64,000 nucleotides of DNA from Oscillospiraceae bacterium (GTDB taxonomy: Bacteria > Bacillota > Clostridia > Oscillospirales > CAG-382). The first letter of the stretch is position 1. Every line of letters begins with the position of its first letter. Below the pieces are notes generated by a model. That model had not been told where the DNA came from. It ran no database searches and saw nothing but the letters and a program-made list of their open reading frames with translations. The position numbers and the translations under genes were made by a program. The stretch spans positions 216,989 through 280,988 of the forward strand of contig SVSD01000001.1 in NCBI GenBank assembly GCA_015064485.1, in the 5' to 3' direction. This document shows positions 20,088-30,755 of the stretch, one piece after another.

Positions 20088-20852
20088 TCAATTATTTTGC
20101 TTCGGCTGATTTTTGCTCGAATAATATGCATATGACTTGCTGCCCGTATCGAGAAGGTTGGGAACCTTTCCGAGAATCGGGTACTTATATGTTCTGAGAA
20201 TATATTCTTCGTCGTGAATTGTGTCGTCGAGAAGCGCCGCAATTATAAGTATGATCATAGCTACAAGTACGCCAAGTATAAGGCCTACGCCTGTATAGCG
20301 GGTGATGCTGGGGGCAACTTTGTCCACATCGGGGATTGCGGAATCTACAACTTCCATAGATGCGCCGTCGATGATTTCAGAAATGCGGACAGGCAAAACC
20401 TGCGCTATCGTGTTTGCGATCTTGCTTGCTTCATAAGGATTTTCGCAAGTAACTGTCACAAGCATAATTTCAGTATCGTTTGACGGAGCGTAATGGATCA
20501 TTCCGGATAACTGCTTCCATGTATAATCAACATTTGCCTTATCAATAACACGCTCAAGGGTGCTTCGGCTGTCGAGGATCTCGCCGTAGGTTCTTACAAG
20601 CCCCTGGGCCGCCGTAAGTTCAGACGAGCTTATACTGAAACTTGTGTTACCCAACGAAAAAGAGCTGTTGTTTACATAAAGCTTGATAGAAGACGAATAT
20701 GTAGGAGCGATTGCAAACGCCGCAATCGAAAATCCGATAGCCGCCGCCAAAAATCCGCATAAGGCGATCAACCACGCGCGCCTCCATAACGATTTGACAA
20801 TATGTAACACATCAATGGTATAATATTCTTTTGCGTTATCCTGTTTTCCCAT
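20088..20852 (-). CDS. Wzz/CpsC-type chain-length determinant (kinase transmembrane activator)
   Basis: Two TM segments flank a periplasm-like domain; KSLWRRAWLIALCGFLAAAIGF at the N-terminus. Start trimmed to MGKQDN (ATG 20850-20852), preceded by AAGGAG. Confidence 0.8.
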   Translation of the reverse strand: MGKQDNAKEYYTIDVLHIVKSLWRRAWLIALCGFLAAAIGFSIAAFAIAPTYSSSIKLYVNNSSFSLGNTSFSISSSELTAAQGLVRTYGEILDSRSTLERVIDKANVDYTWKQLSGMIHYAPSNDTEIMLVTVTCENPYEASKIANTIAQVLPVRISEIIDGASMEVVDSAIPDVDKVAPSITRYTGVGLILGVLVAMIILIIAALLDDTIHDEEYILRTYKYPILGKVPNLLDTGSKSYAYYSSKNQPKQNN

Positions 20853-20935
20853 TTGTCTTACTCCTTTTTCTGCGCAGTTTTTGCAGTTGACAATACCGGC
20901 GCAATCCAAATCTGCAATATGCGTTATCAACATAT

Positions 20936-20964
20936 ATTATAGACAGTTTGCGTCTTGGTGTCAA
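20936..20964 (-). promoter_or_regulatory. Consensus sigma-A-type promoter of the EPS operon
   Basis: The minus strand reads TTGACA-ccaagacgcaaactgtc(17)-TATAAT, about 80 nt upstream of the wzz start. Confidence 0.7.
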
Positions 20965-21194
20965 TGAAAAACATATAATTTTTCAAAGCTCAGGCAAAAG
21001 CCTTGAGTATATCGTTTTAAATTCCCTGAAACGAGTCGCATTCGTTGGCAAACTATGGTTAAAAAGCATACTTTTGGCATTTAAATGCGAACACTTCATT
21101 TCTACTTTATTATATCACGATAATGCAATTTTTTCAATAGATTTTATATCTTTTTATCAAATTAGTTTATTTTTGTACTTAATTCTCTATAAAA

Positions 21195-21234
21195 ACAGCA
21201 AAACTCCCAAAGAAGTAATATCTTTGGGAGTTTA
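21195..21234 (-). terminator. rpoC intrinsic terminator
   Basis: Hairpin aaactcccaaag / ctttgggagttt followed on the minus strand by a U-rich run, directly after the stop at 21239. Confidence 0.8.
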
Positions 21235-21238
21235 TACT

Positions 21239-24200
21239 TTATTCTTCTATAGATTCTTCTTCGCCTTCTGCGCCTTCTTCAAAATCAAGTTCTGAAAGGG
21301 CTGCAAAAAGGTTTTCGGAAATAGCTTCATCAAGCTCTGTTGATGCAGACTGTTCTTCAGCCTTCTTTTCGGGAACAGAAACGGGAGTTTCTTCCTTGTC
21401 TTCGAACTCGGGAGCAAAGAGGATTTCCTTGTTCTTGTCTGTTATTTCGATGTCACGGTAGATCTGCATACCTGTACCTGCAGGGATGAGCTTACCGATA
21501 AGAACATTTTCCTTAAGACCGAGAAGCGGGTCAACCTTACCCTTGATAGCAGCTTCTGTAAGAACCTTTGTGGTTTCCTGGAAGGATGCTGCGGAAAGGA
21601 AGGATTCTGTGGAAAGCGAAGCTTTTGTGATACCGAGAAGAACGGGAGAAGCTGTAGCAGGAGCAAGTCCTGTTTCGCCCTGTGCAAGTCTTCTTTCGAT
21701 CGCTTCGTTTGCTTCCTTAAGTTCGTTGCGGCTGATGATAGAGCCAACAAGAAGATCTGTATTGCCGGATGTTTCAACTTTAACTTTTCTTGTCATCTGG
21801 CGTGTGATGGTTTCGATATGCTTGTCGTTGATTTCAACACCTTGCAAAGCGTAAACCTTCTGAACTTCTTTGATGATATATTCATAAACAGCATCAAGGC
21901 CGTTGATACGAACGATATCTGCGGGGCTCATAAGACCTTCTGTTATCGACTGTCCGCGGTAAACCTCGTCGCCCTCCTGAACAATAACTCTTGTTCCGAG
22001 AGGAATGCTGTATTCGAATTTCTTTCCTTCAACTTCTTCGATGACATCGGGTGCAAGTGTCTGCTTTTCGAGATCGGAAAGCACACGGTTGATAACTACC
22101 TTGCGTACCTTCTTATCTTCTGTGATAGATGCAACCACACCGTCGCAGTCAGAAACAACGCTTGTCTTCTTGGGGCGTCTTGCTTCGAAGAGTTCTTCAA
22201 CTCGGGGAAGACCCTGAGTAATATCGCCGCCGGCGATACCGCCGGTATGGAAGGTTCTCATTGTAAGCTGTGTACCGGGTTCACCGATAGACTGTGCCGC
22301 AATGATACCGACAGATTCACCCACATTTACAGGCTTTCCGGAAGAAAGGTCAGAACCGTAGCAATGTACACAAACACCGTGCTTGGACTGACAGTTGAGT
22401 ACAGAACGGATATTAACAGACATAATGCGGTGATCGGGGTTTTCTCTTGCCTGAGTTGCAACGATTGCCTGAGCCTGATCTTCGCTTATCATTGTGTTAT
22501 CAGCAACAATAATTTCACCTGTTGCAGGGTCAACAACATCGCCGATTACGAAACGGCCGATAAGTCGAAGGTCAAGAGCTTCGATCTTTTCCTTGCCTTC
22601 GGCAATTTCGGATACCCAAAGGCCGTCTTTTGCGCCACAGTCAACTTCACGGATGATAACATCCTGGGATACATCAACAAGTCGTCTTGTAAGGTAACCC
22701 GAGTCGGCTGTACGGAGCGCTGTATCGGCAAGACCTTTACGGGCGCCGCGGGCAGCTATAAAGTATTCGAGAATATTAAGACCTTCACGGAAGTTAGCTT
22801 TGATAGGAAGTTCGATAGTCTGACCGGATGTGGAAGCCATAAGACCGCGCATACCTGCAAGCTGTCTTATCTGCTTGATAGAACCACGGGCACCGGAAAC
22901 AGCCATCATACGGATGTTGTTGAACTCGTCAAGGTTCTTTGTAAGAGCATTTGCAACATCATTTGTGGCAGTTTCCCAGATCTTGATAACGCGCTGTCTT
23001 CTTTCTTCGTCGGTAAGAAGACCGCGGTTATAGTACTTGGAGATTATAGCAACCTGCTTTTCGCCCTCTTCGATGATGATCTTCTTCTGAGGCGGAACGG
23101 TCATATCGGATACCGAGATAGAAATAGCGGCGCGGGTAGAATATTTATAACCTGTATCCTTGATGAAGTCAAGAACCTCGGCAGTCTTGGAGATGCCGTG
23201 ATATTTGATACAGTTATCGATAATTTTACCGAGCTCATCCTTTGTAACCACTCTGTTGATCTCAAGGTCGAACATATTGTCTTCGTTTCTTTCGATAAAG
23301 TGGAGATCCTGAGGGATGGACTGGTTGAAGATAAGGCGTCCGAGAGTAGCATCAATAATGCCGCTCTTGACTGTTCCGTCTTCCATTGTCTTTGTCATTC
23401 TTACTCTTATGGGAGCATGAAGACCGAGCTCATCGTTGGCATATGCCATCATAGCTTCGTCGAAGTTGCGGAAGCATTTGCCTTCGCCCTTTTCGCCGGG
23501 CTTGATGATTGTAAGGTAATAAGCACCGAGAACCATATCCTGAGTAGGAACGGTTACGGCATGACCGTTAACAGGCTTCAAAAGGTTGTTTGCAGAAAGC
23601 ATAAGGAAGCGGGCTTCCGCCTGAGCTTCTGCAGAAAGCGGTACATGTACAGGCATCTGGTCGCCGTCAAAGTCAGCGTTAAACGCAGTACATACAAGGG
23701 GATGAAGCTTTATTGCACGGCCTTCAACAAGAACCGGTTCAAAAGCCTGAATAGAAAGTCTGTGAAGTGTAGGAGCACGGTTGAGAAGAACGGGGTGATC
23801 CTTGATTACATATTCAAGAGCATCCCAAACCTCGGTATTAACTCTTTCTACCTTCTTCTTTGCATCCTTGATATTTGCGGATTTACCTGTTTCCACAAGG
23901 CGCTTCATAACGAAAGGCTTGAAAAGTTCAAGCGCCATTTCCTTAGGAAGACCGCACTGATATATCTTAAGATTAGGACCTACGACGATAACCGAACGGC
24001 CCGAATAGTCAACACGCTTACCAAGAAGGTTCTGACGGAAACGGCCCTGCTTACCGCGGAGCATTTCAGAAAGAGATTTAAGCGCACGGTTGCTGGGACC
24101 TGTTACCGCTCTTCCGCGTCTGCCGTTGTCGATAAGGGCGTCAACAGCTTCCTGAAGCATACGCTTTTCGTTGCGGATGATGATATCGGGAGCCTGAAGT

Positions 24201-25360
24201 TCCATAAGTCTCTTAAGACGGTTGTTACGGTTGATAACTCGTCTGTAGAGATCGTTAAGGTCGCTTGTTGCAAAACGGCCGCCGTCAAGCTGAATAAGAG
24301 GACGGATATCCGGAGGAATGATCGGTACAACATCAAGAATCATCCATTCGGGCTTGTTGCCGGAATTCTTGAAGGATTCAATAACTTCAAGACGCTTTAC
24401 GATCTTGACCTTCTTCTGACCGGAAGCTCCTTCGAGTTCGAGCTTGAGCTGATTGTCGTACCATTCAAGATTGTTGATCCATTTGGATTTATCCGAAATG
24501 ATAACAGGGAGCATATCTGTATCGTTTTCTGCACAGTATGCATCATAAAGTTCTTCGATATACTTAGAACCTGTTTTTACGACGATGGGGGCGTTCTGGT
24601 GATCGAGATTGTATCTCTTTATTTTTGTCTTGAATTCCTTGCGGGAGACAACTTCGCCTGCGGCATAGTTATCACATTCAGCGGGATCTTCGACAAGGTA
24701 TATTCTCTTTGCGAGGAAGTCGAAAAGACGGCTTCTTGAAAGGCCTGTGATGCGGCAGAAGTCATCTGCGTTTACACGCATAAACTCATCATAGCGCTCA
24801 TGGTCAAATTCGGAAAGAAGCTCTTTGATGGCTTCCGCACCCATTTCGGCGCAGAAGTCATCTTCGTACTTTTCACGGTATTCGTTGTATTCCTTATCGG
24901 TGAGAAGCTGCTTTTTGGAAAGAGTTGTATCTTCACCGGGATCAACAACGATATATTGTGCGAAATAGAGTACCTTTTCAAGGAATCTGGGAGAAATATC
25001 AAGGAGAAGTCCCATTCTTGAAGGAATGGCACGGAAATACCAGATATGGGAAACGGGAGCCGCAAGCTCGATATGACCCATTCTTTCTCTTCTTACCTTG
25101 TTTGTAGTAATTTCTACATGGCACTTTTCGCAGACCTTGCCCTTATAGCGGACTCTCTTATACTTACCGCAATGACATTCCCAGTCCTTTGTCGGACCAA
25201 AGATGCGTTCACAGTAAAGACCGTCACGCTCGGGTTTCAAGGTTCTGTAATTTATAGTCTCGGGCTTTTTAACCTCACCGTAAGACCAAGAACGGATCAT
25301 TTCGGGGGAAGCAAGCCCAATTTTAATTTTGTCAAATTCGTTGTGTTCCATTTGATTCAT
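21239..25360 (-). CDS. rpoC: DNA-directed RNA polymerase subunit beta-prime
   Basis: Zn-finger [28 protein letters not shown] catalytic motif, and full-length conservation. 1373 aa, with an extra segment at aa 186-308 and an acidic C-terminal tail. Confidence 0.98.
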   Translation of the reverse strand: MNQMEHNEFDKIKIGLASPEMIRSWSYGEVKKPETINYRTLKPERDGLYCERIFGPTKDWECHCGKYKRVRYKGKVCEKCHVEITTNKVRRERMGHIELAAPVSHIWYFRAIPSRMGLLLDISPRFLEKVLYFAQYIVVDPGEDTTLSKKQLLTDKEYNEYREKYEDDFCAEMGAEAIKELLSEFDHERYDEFMRVNADDFCRITGLSRSRLFDFLAKRIYLVEDPAECDNYAAGEVVSRKEFKTKIKRYNLDHQNAPIVVKTGSKYIEELYDAYCAENDTDMLPVIISDKSKWINNLEWYDNQLKLELEGASGQKKVKIVKRLEVIESFKNSGNKPEWMILDVVPIIPPDIRPLIQLDGGRFATSDLNDLYRRVINRNNRLKRLMELQAPDIIIRNEKRMLQEAVDALIDNGRRGRAVTGPSNRALKSLSEMLRGKQGRFRQNLLGKRVDYSGRSVIVVGPNLKIYQCGLPKEMALELFKPFVMKRLVETGKSANIKDAKKKVERVNTEVWDALEYVIKDHPVLLNRAPTLHRLSIQAFEPVLVEGRAIKLHPLVCTAFNADFDGDQMPVHVPLSAEAQAEARFLMLSANNLLKPVNGHAVTVPTQDMVLGAYYLTIIKPGEKGEGKCFRNFDEAMMAYANDELGLHAPIRVRMTKTMEDGTVKSGIIDATLGRLIFNQSIPQDLHFIERNEDNMFDLEINRVVTKDELGKIIDNCIKYHGISKTAEVLDFIKDTGYKYSTRAAISISVSDMTVPPQKKIIIEEGEKQVAIISKYYNRGLLTDEERRQRVIKIWETATNDVANALTKNLDEFNNIRMMAVSGARGSIKQIRQLAGMRGLMASTSGQTIELPIKANFREGLNILEYFIAARGARKGLADTALRTADSGYLTRRLVDVSQDVIIREVDCGAKDGLWVSEIAEGKEKIEALDLRLIGRFVIGDVVDPATGEIIVADNTMISEDQAQAIVATQARENPDHRIMSVNIRSVLNCQSKHGVCVHCYGSDLSSGKPVNVGESVGIIAAQSIGEPGTQLTMRTFHTGGIAGGDITQGLPRVEELFEARRPKKTSVVSDCDGVVASITEDKKVRKVVINRVLSDLEKQTLAPDVIEEVEGKKFEYSIPLGTRVIVQEGDEVYRGQSITEGLMSPADIVRINGLDAVYEYIIKEVQKVYALQGVEINDKHIETITRQMTRKVKVETSGNTDLLVGSIISRNELKEANEAIERRLAQGETGLAPATASPVLLGITKASLSTESFLSAASFQETTKVLTEAAIKGKVDPLLGLKENVLIGKLIPAGTGMQIYRDIEITDKNKEILFAPEFEDKEETPVSVPEKKAEEQSASTELDEAISENLFAALSELDFEEGAEGEEESIEE

Positions 25361-25417
25361 TTATAAATTGCCGCTCCTTTTCAAAATCATAATAAAATGT
25401 GTTTCGGGCGGGGTGTA

Positions 25418-28400
25418 TTATTCGTCGTAGCCGAGATCGGTTTCTTCGTCGAATTCGTCCTCGTCAAAATCTTCGTCGAAATCATTGTTGATATCGCCTT
25501 CTTCGTCGAAATCGATGAAGTCTTCAATACCCTGCGCTTCGGTGTTTCTTGCACTTCCGTCTTCTTCGATGGTAGGTGCTACACGCTTGATCTTATCGGT
25601 TTCCTCAGCGGAGCTGTCCTTGATCTTAACTTCGTTGCCATCGGCATCAAGTACCTTGACATCAAGAGCAAGAGATTTAAGCTCGCGAAGGAGTACCTTA
25701 AAGGATTCAGGCACACCGGGAGTGGGGATATTATGACCTTTGACGATAGCTTCGTACGCCTTAACTCTTCCGATAACATCGTCGGACTTGACGGTGAGTA
25801 TTTCCTGGAGAGTGTATGCAGCACCGTATGCTTCAAGAGCCCAAACTTCCATTTCACCGAATCTCTGTCCGCCGAACTGAGCTTTACCGCCGAGAGGCTG
25901 CTGAGTTACAAGCGAATATGGACCTGTGGAACGGGCATGGATCTTATCGTCAACAAGATGATGAAGCTTGAGGTAATACATAATACCCACAGTTACGGGG
26001 TTATCGAACTGTTCACCTGTACGGCCGTCGTAAAGAATTGTCTTACCGTCGGGACGCATACCAGCTTCCTTCATAAATTCGGCAATGCCCTTTTCATCAG
26101 CACCGTCAAATACGGGAGTCATGATCTTACAGCCAAGCTTTCTTGCCGCAATACCGAGATGTACTTCGAGTACCTGACCGATATTCATACGGGAAGGAAC
26201 GCCCAGCGGGTTAAGAACGATGTCAAGAGGAGTACCGTCGGGAAGGAAAGGCATATCTTCGGGAGGAAGAATTCTTGAAACGACACCCTTGTTACCGTGA
26301 CGGCCCGCCATCTTATCGCCGACAGAGATCTTTCTCTTCTGTGCGATATATACGCGGACAACCTTGTTTACGCCGGGAGCAAGTTCGTCGCTGTTTTCAC
26401 GGGAGAATGTGCGTACATCCACAACAATACCGCTTTCGCCGTGAGGCAAACGCAAGGATGTATCGCGGACTTCTCTTGCCTTTTCACCGAAAATTGCGCG
26501 GAGAAGTCTTTCTTCGGGAGTAAGCTCTGTTTCACCCTTAGGTGTAACCTTACCTACGAGAATGTCGCCTGCGTGAACCTCGGCACCTCTGCAAACGATA
26601 CCGTCAGCAGTAAGATTCTTAAGAGCATCATCACCGACATTGGGGATATCTCTTGTGATCTCTTCCGGACCGAGCTTTGTGTCACGGGCTTCGTGGGAAT
26701 ATTCTTCTATATGGATAGATGTATAAATATCTTCTCTTACAAGTCTTTCGTTAAGGAGTACAGCATCTTCGTAGTTGTAACCTTCCCAGGTCATAAAGCC
26801 GATGAGGGCATTCTTACCGAGAGCGATTTCACCGTTTGAAGTTGCAGGACCGTCGGCAATTACCTGTCCCTTTTCAACTCTTTCGCCTGCCATAACGATA
26901 GGACGCATATTTACGCAAGTGCCCTGGTTGGAGCGCTTGAATTTGATGAGATGGTATTCTCTTGTGTTACCGTCGTCTTCGCGGATGCGGATAGTATCCG
27001 AATCAGCCTTGATAACAGTACCTTCTTCCTTTGCAACCGCAACAACGCCGGAATCAACAGCAGCCTTATATTCCATACCTGTAGCAACGATAGGGCTGTC
27101 TGTCATCATAAGCGGAACTGCCTGCTTCTGCATGTTTGAACCCATGAGCGCACGGGAGTTGTCATCGTTTTCAAGGAAGGGGATGTGAGCAGTAGCAACA
27201 GAAACAACCATCTTAGGAGAAACATCCATATAATCAACGCGGGAAGCATCGAATTCAGTAATTTCTTCGCGGTATCTTGCTGTTACTCTGTCTTTTGCAA
27301 ACTTGCCTTCGGGTGTGAGAGCTTCGTTTGCCTGAGCTACTACATATTCGTCTTCTACATCAGCCGACATATATACAACTTCGTCGGTAACGATACCTGT
27401 TTCCTTATCAACCTTGCGGTAAGGAGCTTCTATAAAGCCGAAATCGTTTATACGGGCATATGTGGAAAGATAAGAGATAAGACCGATGTTAGGACCTTCA
27501 GGCGTTTCGATAGGACACATTCTGCCGTAGTGAGTATAGTGTACATCTCGAACTTCGAAGGATGCACGGTCTCTTGAAAGACCGCCGGGACCGAGCGCCG
27601 AAAGACGGCGTTTGTGTGTAAGCTCAGCCAAGGGGTTGGACTGGTCCATAAACTGCGAAAGAGGAGATGAACCGAAGAATTCCTTGATAGAGGAAACGAT
27701 AGGTCTTATATTAATAAGGTTCTGAGGTGTAAGGTTTTCGGGTTCCTGAATTGTCATACGCTCTTTAACAATCTTGTCCATACGGGCAAAACCGATGCGG
27801 AGCTGATTCTGCAAAAGTTCGCCGACAGAACGCAAACGGCGGTTGCCGAGATGGTCGATGTCGTCTGTTGTGCCGCACATATATGTGAGGCAAAGGAGAT
27901 AGTTGATGGAAGCAAGGATATCTTCCTTTGTAATATGCTTTGCGATAAGTTCATCGCGGCGCATATAATACTGCTCCTTGAATTCTTCTGCATTTGTAAC
28001 GCTTTCGGCAATTTCAGCGAGAACTTTTGTGTTAACTCTTTCTTTTATGCCGAGATCTTTATAGTATTCTTCGGGAACAATTCCGAGCTTGTCAATAAAT
28101 GCAGTTTCGTTGCCGAACACTTTAAACTCAACTCTGGGAGTTGCGGGAGTGATGGCGTTGGAGAGAAGATATACTTCGTTTACGCCTGCATTTTCGATCT
28201 CTTCTGCGGTTTCACGGGTAAGAACCGTGCCCTTTTCAAAGAGGATTTCTCCTGTGAATTGATTTACAACATCACGGGAAAGTTCAAAGCCTGCAATTCT
28301 TCTTGCAAGAGCAAGCTTCTTGTTGAACTTATAACGGCCGACTGCCGAAATATCATATCTCTTTGCATCAAAGAAGAGATTGTTTATAAGTATCTTTGCG

Positions 28401-29233
28401 CTGTCAACGATAGCAGGATCGCCGGGACGGAGCTTACGGTAAATTTCCTTGAGAGCTTCGTCATGAGCAGATGTTTCATTCTTGAGAGCATCAGATTCAC
28501 TTGCATCCTTTTCAAAGGTTGCACGGAGTTTTTCGTTGTCGCCGAAAAATTCGAGAATGCTGTCGTTTGTGCCGAGTTTTTCATCAAGAGCGCGGATAAG
28601 CACTGTGATGGGAAGCTTACGGTTTTTATCTATGCGCACATAGAAAACATCATTTGCATCTGTTTCGTATTCAAGCCAAGCGCCTCTGTAAGGGATAACT
28701 GTAGCTGTGAAAAGTCTTTTGTCGGACTTGTCCATTGCAGTATCGTAATAGATACCGGGCGAACGAACAAGCTGAGAAACGATAACTCTTTCCGCACCGT
28801 TAATTACAAAAGTACCTGTTTCTGTCATAAGCGGGAAATCGCCCATGAAAACTTCGGCATCTTTGATCTCGCCTGTCTGCTTATTTGTAAGTCTTACTTT
28901 GACTTTCAAGGGCGCAGCAAAGTTTACATCTCTTTCTTTACACTCTTCAACAGAGTATTTGGGTTTGTATTCCAGCGAATAGTCGATAAAATCGATATTG
29001 AGGTTTCCGGAATAATCGACGAGCGGAGACACGTCGTCAAGAACCTCACGCAATCCTTTTTCAAGGAACCACTGATAGGATTTTTTCTGTACCTCGATAA
29101 AATCGGGCATTTCACAGAGATCCTCGTTGATTTTCGAAAAGCTGTATCTCAAATTCTTACCGAGATACTTACGCTTAACGATGCCGCTGTCAACAAGCTT
29201 CTGAAGCTTTGAAGGTTCTACCATATTAAGCAA
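25418..29233 (-). CDS. rpoB: DNA-directed RNA polymerase subunit beta
   Basis: Conserved blocks [20 protein letters not shown] and [20 protein letters not shown]. It has an acidic C-terminal tail. Confidence 0.98.
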   Translation of the reverse strand: MLNMVEPSKLQKLVDSGIVKRKYLGKNLRYSFSKINEDLCEMPDFIEVQKKSYQWFLEKGLREVLDDVSPLVDYSGNLNIDFIDYSLEYKPKYSVEECKERDVNFAAPLKVKVRLTNKQTGEIKDAEVFMGDFPLMTETGTFVINGAERVIVSQLVRSPGIYYDTAMDKSDKRLFTATVIPYRGAWLEYETDANDVFYVRIDKNRKLPITVLIRALDEKLGTNDSILEFFGDNEKLRATFEKDASESDALKNETSAHDEALKEIYRKLRPGDPAIVDSAKILINNLFFDAKRYDISAVGRYKFNKKLALARRIAGFELSRDVVNQFTGEILFEKGTVLTRETAEEIENAGVNEVYLLSNAITPATPRVEFKVFGNETAFIDKLGIVPEEYYKDLGIKERVNTKVLAEIAESVTNAEEFKEQYYMRRDELIAKHITKEDILASINYLLCLTYMCGTTDDIDHLGNRRLRSVGELLQNQLRIGFARMDKIVKERMTIQEPENLTPQNLINIRPIVSSIKEFFGSSPLSQFMDQSNPLAELTHKRRLSALGPGGLSRDRASFEVRDVHYTHYGRMCPIETPEGPNIGLISYLSTYARINDFGFIEAPYRKVDKETGIVTDEVVYMSADVEDEYVVAQANEALTPEGKFAKDRVTARYREEITEFDASRVDYMDVSPKMVVSVATAHIPFLENDDNSRALMGSNMQKQAVPLMMTDSPIVATGMEYKAAVDSGVVAVAKEEGTVIKADSDTIRIREDDGNTREYHLIKFKRSNQGTCVNMRPIVMAGERVEKGQVIADGPATSNGEIALGKNALIGFMTWEGYNYEDAVLLNERLVREDIYTSIHIEEYSHEARDTKLGPEEITRDIPNVGDDALKNLTADGIVCRGAEVHAGDILVGKVTPKGETELTPEERLLRAIFGEKAREVRDTSLRLPHGESGIVVDVRTFSRENSDELAPGVNKVVRVYIAQKRKISVGDKMAGRHGNKGVVSRILPPEDMPFLPDGTPLDIVLNPLGVPSRMNIGQVLEVHLGIAARKLGCKIMTPVFDGADEKGIAEFMKEAGMRPDGKTILYDGRTGEQFDNPVTVGIMYYLKLHHLVDDKIHARSTGPYSLVTQQPLGGKAQFGGQRFGEMEVWALEAYGAAYTLQEILTVKSDDVIGRVKAYEAIVKGHNIPTPGVPESFKVLLRELKSLALDVKVLDADGNEVKIKDSSAEETDKIKRVAPTIEEDGSARNTEAQGIEDFIDFDEEGDINNDFDEDFDEDEFDEETDLGYDE

Positions 29234-29336
29234 TCACTCCATTCATTTTTCCGGTCTTTATGTGGATTTTCGTCGCCTTTTCGTTGCCTGAAGCCGTAAA
29301 AACGCAGACAACTACTCAATTATAATGCAGTATAAT

Positions 29337-29365
29337 AATATATCACCTATACCAAGGTTTGTCAA
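29337..29365 (-). promoter_or_regulatory. Candidate rpoBC promoter
   Basis: The minus strand reads TTGACA-aaccttggtataggtga(17)-TATATT, about 100 nt upstream of the rpoB start. Confidence 0.45.
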
Positions 29366-29475
29366 GGGCTTTTGTTCCAATTTACACTTATTCTACCATT
29401 TGTTTTCTTTTAGTTCACAATTTAACCGCTCGTCCCTTTTTTGCATATAACATATATAAATAATATATTGAAAGA

Positions 29476-29508
29476 AATAAAAAACGGAGGCATCGAAAAA
29501 TGCCTCCG
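29476..29508 (-). terminator. icd intrinsic terminator
   Basis: Stem cggaggcat / atgcctccg with a 6-nt loop, then TTTTTT on the minus strand, 12 nt after the icd stop. Confidence 0.85.
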
Positions 29509-29519
29509 AAAATATTGTT

Positions 29520-30740
29520 TTAAAGACTTGCTTCGAGATTTTTTCTTATTTCGGCAATGAAATCTGCGGAGTTTACCGCTCTTACTTCATATCCTTCGCT
29601 GACAAGTCCCACAAGGTCCTTTGTCATAACGCCCGAATCAAGAGTCTTTATACAAGCTTTTTCGAGCTTGTCTGCAAAATCGCAAAGATCGCAAAGACCG
29701 TCAAGCTCACCTCTTTTTTTAAGAGCGCCCGACCATGCGAAAATTGTCGCCATCGGATTTGTGCTTGTTTCCTCGCCCTTGAGATATTTGTAATAGTGGC
29801 GGGTAACAGTTCCGTGTGCCGCTTCGTATTCAAACTTTCCGTCGGGTGTAACAAGAACGGAGGTCATCATCGCAAGCGAACCGAAGGCGGTCGAAACCAT
29901 ATCGCTCATAACATCGCCGTCGTAGTTCTTACAAGCCCAGATATAACCGCCCTTGCTTCTTATCACACGGGCAACAGCGTCATCTATAAGTGTATAGAAA
30001 TATTCGATGCCCAGCTCTTCAAATTTTGCCTTGTAATCCTTTTCATATATTTCTTCAAATATAAGCTTGAAGGTCTGGTCGTATTTCTTTGAAATAGTGT
30101 CCTTTGTTGAGAACCAGAGATCCTGTTTTGTATCTATTGCGTACCGGAAACAGGAATGTGCAAACGAAATAATGGAAGAATCCTTGTTGTACTGGCTCTG
30201 CAAAACGCCGGCACATTCGAAATCGTAAACGGTTTCGCGGAAGGTTTCGTTACCGTCCTTATCTGTAAATACAAGTTCAGCCTTGCCCTCAGAAGGCACA
30301 CGGTATTCCGTCGCTTTATAAACATCACCGTATGCATGGCGGGCAATTGTTATCGGCTTTTCCCAGTTTTTAACAACAGGCTTTACGGAATCTATAGTAA
30401 TGGGAGTACGGAAAACAGTACCGTCCATTATCGCACGGATAGTTCCGTTGGGGCTTTTCCACATTTCAGAAAGATTATATTCTTCAACTCGCTGCTTGTT
30501 TGGGGTAATTGTCGCACATTTTACCGCAACGCCGTATTTTACCGCCGCGTATGCGGAATCGTATGTAACCTTGTCCTTTGTTCTTTCTCTTTCTTCAAGA
30601 CCGAGGTCGTAATATTCTGTCTTAAGATCTACAAAAGGAAGAATAAGCTCATCCTTTATCATCTTCCACAGAATTCTTGTCATTTCGTCGCCGTCCATCT
30701 CGACAAGCGGCGTTTTCATCTGTATTTTTGCCATTTTCAA
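29520..30740 (-). CDS. icd: NADP-dependent isocitrate dehydrogenase (eukaryote-like homodimeric type)
   Basis: [14 protein letters not shown]...[27 protein letters not shown], about 400 aa. Confidence 0.9.
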   Translation of the reverse strand: MKMAKIQMKTPLVEMDGDEMTRILWKMIKDELILPFVDLKTEYYDLGLEERERTKDKVTYDSAYAAVKYGVAVKCATITPNKQRVEEYNLSEMWKSPNGTIRAIMDGTVFRTPITIDSVKPVVKNWEKPITIARHAYGDVYKATEYRVPSEGKAELVFTDKDGNETFRETVYDFECAGVLQSQYNKDSSIISFAHSCFRYAIDTKQDLWFSTKDTISKKYDQTFKLIFEEIYEKDYKAKFEELGIEYFYTLIDDAVARVIRSKGGYIWACKNYDGDVMSDMVSTAFGSLAMMTSVLVTPDGKFEYEAAHGTVTRHYYKYLKGEETSTNPMATIFAWSGALKKRGELDGLCDLCDFADKLEKACIKTLDSGVMTKDLVGLVSEGYEVRAVNSADFIAEIRKNLEASL

Positions 30741-30755
30741 GTTCCTTTCGTAAAA

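Noticed and set aside
20948-21295. A 115-aa plus-strand ORF in the EPS promoter / rpoC terminator region.
   Set aside because: It is AT-rich and Phe/Leu/Ile-dominated, lacks an RBS, spans a terminator hairpin and overlaps the rpoC 3' end. It is most likely non-coding.
21818-24739. A 973-aa plus-strand ORF, plus many smaller ORFs, antisense to rpoC.
   Set aside because: It is a shadow ORF opposite a universally conserved gene. The translation is Cys/Phe/Asn-rich nonsense with no RBS or recognisable domain. The same reasoning applies to 27851..29212 and 25397..26278 (antisense to rpoB), 30156..31199 (icd), 33441..34706 (citrate synthase), 548..1702 and 2621..3982 (giant surface gene), and 47166..47906 (rny).
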